This document shows positions 57,420 through 64,000 of a stretch of DNA of 64,000 nt, piece by piece. Source of the DNA: the human T2T-CHM13v2.0 reference genome, Homo sapiens; the NCBI RefSeq assembly GCF_009914755.1, contig NC_060948.1. One strand, given 5' to 3'. Every line of letters begins with the position of its first letter. Positions within the stretch are counted from its first letter, which is position 1. The notes under the pieces were generated by a model that worked only from the letters and a program-made list of their open reading frames with translations, had not been told where the DNA came from and did not search any database. The translations under genes were made by a program, and so were the position numbers.

Positions 57420-57842
57420 TGGTATGAGCTGAATTATGCCGCCCCCCCACCCCAATTAATATGTTGGTACTCTAATCCCCAAAAACCTCAAAATAAGACT
57501 TTACTTAGTGATAGAGCCTTTAAATTGGTAAATAAGTTAAAATCATTTTTATTACAGTGAGACCTAATTTAATATAATGGATGTCCTCTTAAAAAGACAA
57601 GAACAGAACACAGAAAGATACACCAGACACATACATACATAAGAACATAATCATATGAACCCACAGCAAGAAGGCGGCCATATTCAAGCCACGGAGAGAG
57701 GCCTCAGAAGGAATCAAACTTGCTAACACCTTGATCCCAGACTTCTGGACTTCATTACTGTTAGAAAATTAATTTGTTATTTAAGCCATAGTCTTACCCA
57801 ATCTGTGGTGTTTTGTTATGAGAGTCCCAACAAATTAATAGT
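57420..57842 (+). mobile_element. MLT1(B)-like MaLR LTR
   Basis: AAGCCACGGAGAGAGGCCTCAGAAGGAATCAAAC...ACACCTTGATC...TTTAAGCCA. Confidence 0.82.
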
Positions 57843-58154
57843 GGTATGTATTCTGGTGGTTGTTCTTTGGCTTCCTGATTCAGTAGTTATGTGTTTGTTA
57901 TTAAATTAGAAAAGTTCTCCAGTCATTTTTATTTCAAATACTTCTTCTGATCTTTTCTCTTTCAGATATTCCAATTACATTTTGTAATTTTACCATGATT
58001 CTTGGATGTTCTTTTTTGGTTTGGCTTGATTTTACTTTGCTTTTATTTATTTTACTTTTTTTCCATTTTAGTTTGATAACTAAAGTTTATCTTTACCTGT
58101 CATCAAACTCACTGGTTCTTTACTCACTCATGTCAAGTCTACTGAGTAATATGG

Positions 58155-58855
58155 GGTCACAGGCTCTGCTTCCTGCACTCAGTTACAGTACTACCCAGCT
58201 GCCTGAGTTCCAGCTATAGTAGGCCCCAGTACAGCAATGTCCTATGCCCAGGAAAGCTGTAAGAGCACAGAAGCCTCTACCTAGATATGAAAGAATGTCC
58301 CGGAGAGCTGAGCTGCAGGGAACCAGGCAGAAAAGCATAACGTGGAGTGGGATCACCAGCAGAGATCCTTCACTGGACAATGACCATCTGAGACTTGTAG
58401 CAGGACCTCCCCTCACAAACCACAGACTTTTAGGGTCATAGCTGTATGATCTGTGGTGTGGGCTTTTCCAAAAAAAGCTATGGGGATGAGGCTGCTTAAA
58501 GCCTTGGGGGCCTAACTTTTCTAGGGAAAAGATGCAGGGGCATCACCTTTTCCTGAATGTGTCCTGAAGGCAGGGCCTTCTCCTGAGTGACATCGAGACA
58601 AAGAAAATTGCTCTGGAAACTTTACAGGTAATAGTGTTTGCCTTGTTGGGTTTTAGACTTGCTTGGGACCTGTCACGCTTTTTTACTTATTTGTTCCTAT
58701 TGGAATAGAAATGTCTGTCTTGTGCCTGTCCCATCATTATATTTTGGATGCAGATAATATGTTTAATTTTACAGACTCACAGTTGGAAGGAAATATCTGA
58801 TTTAGATACTACTTAGCTAAGATATTGGACTTCAGACTTTTGAGTTTATGCCTGA
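58155..58855 (+). mobile_element. MaLR internal (MLT1/MST-int) 3' fragment without adjacent LTRs
   Basis: CCTCTACCTAGAT...GGGTTTTAGACTTGCTTGGGACCTG...ACTTCAGACTTTTGAGTT. Confidence 0.65.
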
Positions 58856-58859
58856 CTGA

Positions 58860-61510
58860 TAAAATACTAGGCAAAAATCAGTTAAGATAAAGATGACCTC
58901 AATAGCACTTTCAACTACCCCGACCTATTTCAGATTTATAGGACACTTTCTAATAATAGCAGAATATATATTTTTCTCAAAGCAACGATCACCAAGCAGT
59001 ACACATTCAGTACCATTAAAACAATTTAGCTAATTTTAAATAATATAAATAATACACAGCATGCCCTAGACAACAACAGAATTAAACTAAAAGTCAATAT
59101 TATAAATATAATTGGAAAATCCAAAAATATTTCTGAATAATTTAGAACACTTCTAAATAGTATATGAGTCAATAAGGAAGTCCCAAAAACAATACAAAAA
59201 GATTTTGAACTGAAATGAACTGAAAATACAACATAGTATTTTTTTGATGCCCCTAAAGCAGTGTTTAGAGGGATATTTCTAGGAATACATGTTTATGGTA
59301 GAAGTTAAGAACTAAATGAAACTAGTAACAAGCTTTCATCTTTAAAATAAATAACAAATTAAAACAAAAGCAGAATCAAGTAAATAATAATTTTAAAGGT
59401 ATAAAATAGAAATCAATGAAATTAAAACAAAAAACGCAGGTGTCATATATCAAACAAACAAAAAACCTGGCTGTCTGTAAATATCATTAAAATTAGCCAA
59501 ATCCAAACTATACTAAGAAATAATTGACAACATTAACATTACCAATATTAGAAAATAATGAGAAAACATGGTGCTTGGCCTCACCAACACTGAAAAAATA
59601 CAACTTTCAAATAACTTTATGCCCATACATTTGACAACATAGGGGACATAGAGTAGTTCCAAGATATACGCTACCTATCAAAACTCGTTTTAAGAATAGA
59701 AACTCTAAATAACCCCATATCTTTTAAATAATTAGAGCTTGTATGTAACACCTTGAAACAAAGAAGAAAGAAAACAGTAATCTCCAGATCCTGAAGGTTT
59801 CACTAGTTGATATTGCCAAATACTTAAGGAAGCATTAAATACCACGTCTTTTTCAGAAACTAGCAGAGTAAGAAATATTTTCCAACTCATTATGAGCCCA
59901 GCATTACACTGATAATTAAACCACAAACAATACAATATTATGATAAAGAAGACTATAGACAAATATACTCATGAACATAGGAGAATCTCAACAAAATACT
60001 AGCAAATTGAATGCAGCAATATATAAAATGTCTAATACATAATTACACAGTAGGATCCAGCCAAATGATAATACTTTCTGTATTTTAAAAATCAGCCTCT
60101 ATTAATAGTCTAAAGAAGAAAAAAGTTGTATGGCCACATCAATAAATGCAGGGAAAGCAGTACACAAAATTGAATATCCAACCATGATCTAAATTCTCAA
60201 TAGTTTAAGGAAGAAGGGAACTTAAACCTAAAAAAGATTACCTGCAGAAAGCCAATAGTTAGCTATTGTTATCTAGTAGCCAATATCTGGTTATTGTTTG
60301 TTGATGGTTAGCCAATAGTTAGCTATATATCACAATTACTGGTGCGAGACTGAATGCTTTTCCCTTAAAATTGAAAGCAACTCAATTACAGATCTCAAGT
60401 CTAAATACCCCTATTTAGAATAATATTTTAAGTTATAGCTAGTGCAACAAGAAAAGGACATAAAAGACATACTGTTCAGAAAAGAAGGAAAACAAAAACT
60501 CTCTATTCACCAACAGCATAATTGCTATAGAGAGTCATTTTTTATAAACTACAAAAACCACTCTTAGAACTAAGAAGTCATTGTGGAAAATTTGCAGGAT
60601 ACAAGGTCAGTATACAAAAGTCAGTCATATTGCTATATAATGACAGTAAACAATTGGAATTGGAATTTTAAATATCTTAAAAAAGTTGGAACTCCATTTT
60701 ATTTCACATGCAAAAATTAACTCAAAATGGATCAAATCCTCAAATGTAAGAGCTAAACTATAAAACCCTTAGATCAAATACATGTAAAATGTGATGACAT
60801 TGGGTTAGGCAATGACACCAAAAGCACCTAAACAATAACAAAAAAGATGAACTTCATAAAATTAAAAGATTTGTACTGCAAAAGATACTGTCAGGAAATA
60901 AAAAGACAACCCAGAGGATAGAAAAAATATTTAAAGTTATATTTCTCATAAAGGACATATGTTTAAAATACATAAACACCTCCAATTCAATAATAAAAAG
61001 CAGGTAGCACAGTTAAAAATGGTTAAAGAATCTGATTGCACATTTCATCAAATAGGATTCAAAAATGGCCAATAAGCACATGAAAAGATGTTTCACGTTA
61101 TTGGCCACCATACAAATGCAAATCAAAACCACAATGAGATAGCACTTCATGCCCACTAGGATGATTACAATAAAAAAGATAGTTAATAAAAGTGTTAGTG
61201 TGGATGTGGAAAAACTGAAACCATCATATATTTCTGGTGAAAAACTGCTTGGCAAATTCTCAGAGAGTTAAGCATGGCATTTGCATATGACCCAGCAATG
61301 GTACTCCCAGACAAATACCAAAGTGAAATGAAAATATATGTCCATGCAAAAATTTCTATGCAAGTGTTTGTAGAAGCATTAATCATAATTGCCAAAGAGT
61401 GGGCACAACTCATTATACATCAACTGAAACATGTTTAAACAAAATGTGATATATTCATATAATGAAATATTATTCAGCCATAGGAAGAAATGAAGGTGGA
61501 AAATGAACAA
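58860..61510 (+). mobile_element. Old L1M ORF2 and 3' fragments (sense)
   Basis: CAGATCCTGAAGGTTTCACT, CTCAACAAAATACTAGCAAATTGAAT, CAAAACCACAATGAGATA. Confidence 0.8.
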
Positions 61511-62634
61511 CAAATGTGTGCACAATATTTTGTTTCACATAATTCTTTTAGAAATATTGAAAGTATATATGACAGACTATAGCCACTTATTATAGCCCAT
61601 TCATAGGAACATGCTATTTTATTCTCTGTAATTTTAGTAGATTTGGAATGCATTTTAAGCATTTTTAAAGATATTATTATCTTGTCAATTTTTTAGAAAT
61701 AAACTATTAGCTTGAGGAAAACATTAGTATTTATTTATTTATTTTCTTGCCAAGGACCTTGCATTCTTTTAAAAACATATTTGTAGCTGTTAATAAAAGA
61801 AATTAATTTGAAATTTAGCTGACCAAAAATATGCCAGTGCCTTTTGAATATTATTTAAATATATATAAATTAAGGAATTTTTACAAATACATTTTTCAAA
61901 ATTTTTATTTTAACTTTCTAAACAGAACTCACTCTCAAAGCTTATGACTAAAATTCAAATGCAGTTTTAATCATTTTGATCATTATTCTGTGGCAAATAT
62001 TATAATTTATTCTGTTTTAAGAATTTATAATATTATCTTTAAATTAAATCTAGCACTGCCTTTACAAATGTTATACACAACACTTAAACTTCCTAGATAG
62101 TGGTTCTGGCATATAACCACCTAGACAAATGTTTGGGTCCTTATTTTCTGTAAGTTACTCAGAATATAGATGCATATTTTATCCCCCTAGAATTAATTTA
62201 TCCAAATTAATCCTTTCCAAATGTATGACTCTTCTTATTTTTGGCTTCCGTAATTTCAATTAATTATTTCCAGAGTTACCTTCAAATACTAGCTGAAACT
62301 ATAGCAAGTGCATATGTTCTCTGATTTGTCTTTCTGTGTTGGCTGCAATTAACCTGGTTAATGTCAAATACTAAAACTGTTTATAATCAATTTCAAGAAC
62401 AAAACACAATATTTAGCATCAATTTTAAGAGCAAAATTAATAATATTAGTAAAAATACTATCACGAAAGTTTGCATATATTGCATTAATGCACAAATGTG
62501 AGTGCTCACCAGGTGCCAGACATTATGCTGTATATGCTGATGCTCATCTAATTTAAATTACAGTTATAATTATCCTGTTGTATCGATGTTGTTTTTTCTC
62601 ACTTTAAAGTTGAGGAAGTGAGGTCTTATTTTAA

Positions 62635-63158
62635 GCCTTACTTAGAACGGATTGACTTAGGAATTTTTGAGTTTACAATGGTGGGAAAGCAATACACATT
62701 CAATAGAAACTATACTTTGAATTTTGATCTTTTCCCAGTCTAGCAATATGCAGCATCATACTCTATTGTGATACTGGGCAGGGGCTGAGAGCCACAGTTC
62801 CCAGATAGCCATGTGATCATCAGGTTAAATAACCGCTACAGTATACTCTGTTGCCAGTGGTTTTGGGATATTGTGTTTTGTGTTTTTGCATCCCATCATG
62901 TGTACAAAATGTCCATCTGTGTCTCATGCTTTTCCTGGTGAGAAGAAGAAGAAGGCAATTACTCTTGAGGTGAAACAATGTAATTGCTCAGCACAAAGTG
63001 GGCAAGCCAGTAATGGCCATTGCACATGAGTTAGGACTTCCACAATCCACAATCCTGATTATCTTATCTTGTAAGTCAATGCCTTTTGACTTAAAATATT
63101 TTAATTTAGGATGGGTTTATTGGAATGTAATCCCATCATAATTCGAAAAACCTCTGTA
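62635..63158. mobile_element. Tigger5/MER47-type DNA transposon derivative inside a MIR-like element
   Basis: Terminal GATGGGTTTATTGGAATGTAATCCCATCATAATTCGA...CTG followed by TA; frameshifted HTH remnant KKKKAITLEVK...PVMAIAHELGLPQSTI. Confidence 0.75.
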
Positions 63159-63769
63159 GTTGAAAACATTACAATTTAATCTTAGATATGTCTAATTTAG
63201 AGCTAGATCGCTTTACCACAAGAATGTGTTCACATTAATGGAAATATTTTCCTTTGATTTTTAATTTTGTTAAAAATAAATAAATCAAAAGTTATTTCTG
63301 TACATATCAAGAACTTTCCATGTCTATGTGCCTTGATTAGTTTGACCACTTGCTCAAGAAAATAGCATATATGTCAGTTAAATAATACCTCCCACAAAAT
63401 TTCATTTCTTTAAAAAATATATAGAATCTCTTTGGATTGGTTGAGATTGCAAAAACATTTTGAGAAAGTTCCATATTTTCTAAGTCATTTATAATAGTGT
63501 CCTGCAATTTTGTTTTCTGCCACAAATTGATCAGGGCCACACTGTACAAACTCAAGTAACAGTTACCACTCAAAAAAATAAATCCACATTGGCAGGTGAT
63601 TTTGTTTTGTCTTTTTAACAATTGTAATAGAAATTTTATCAATAGGTTTTAAAAATTACCTCCCTTAAATGCTAAATGTTCAAAAATATCAGTGTTCCAC
63701 ATGCTGATTTATGCTAGCAAAAATATTGCTGTCCATCTTGATTAACTAGTTTAGAACTGCATTTTGGAA

Positions 63770-63990
63770 AACATTAGTCACTAGCTACATGTGGCTATTG
63801 AGAACTTGCAAGGTTGGTAATCCAAATAAGGATGTGCTGTAATTGTAAAATACCAGATTTTAACAATTTAGGATGTAAAAACTTAAAATTTCTTACTAAT
63901 ATTTTCATAATTATTACTTACTAAATGATAATATCATAAACATATTGGGTTAACAAAAACATATTAATACAATTTTTACTTTTCTCCTTT
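63770..63990. mobile_element. MER33/MER3 (hAT-Charlie) fragment
   Basis: CACTAGCTACATGTGGCTATTGAG...GATGTGCTGTAA...ATATTGGGTTAA. Confidence 0.7.
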
Positions 63991-64000
63991 ACATAGTTAA

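Noticed and set aside
63337-63642. 101-aa minus-strand ORF or possible exon in unique sequence
   Set aside because: It has a non-ATG start, weak splice signals and no recognisable homology. It cannot be supported without a database search.

Overview
This is primate genomic DNA, human-like from its Alu and L1 content. It is AT-rich and mostly decayed transposable elements. I found no protein-coding exon I can support, no CpG island and no CRISPR or prokaryotic features. Contents: about 13 Alus or Alu fragments (J, S and Y types, most with visible target-site duplications, TSDs), many nested L1 fragments (mostly minus strand), MIR, L2, MER5, MER33 and a Tigger5/MER47-type element. There are several solo LTRs (MER50, MER4A1-like, HERV3-group-like, LTR1-like, THE1D-like, MLT1-like) and three ERV1 proviral remnants. 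These are a two-LTR MER4-group element at 4912-14191, a truncated MER4B-like element at about 38575-40591, and a two-LTR gag/pro/IN-bearing element with a tRNA-Gly primer site at 43325-50082. The points most worth checking are a full-length tRNA-Glu copy inside an ERV internal region, a perfect p53 element in a nested LTR, and several templated-insertion, inversion and deletion scars. Subfamily names come from remembered consensus sequences and need RepeatMasker/Dfam confirmation. I see no solid evidence for a new biological system.
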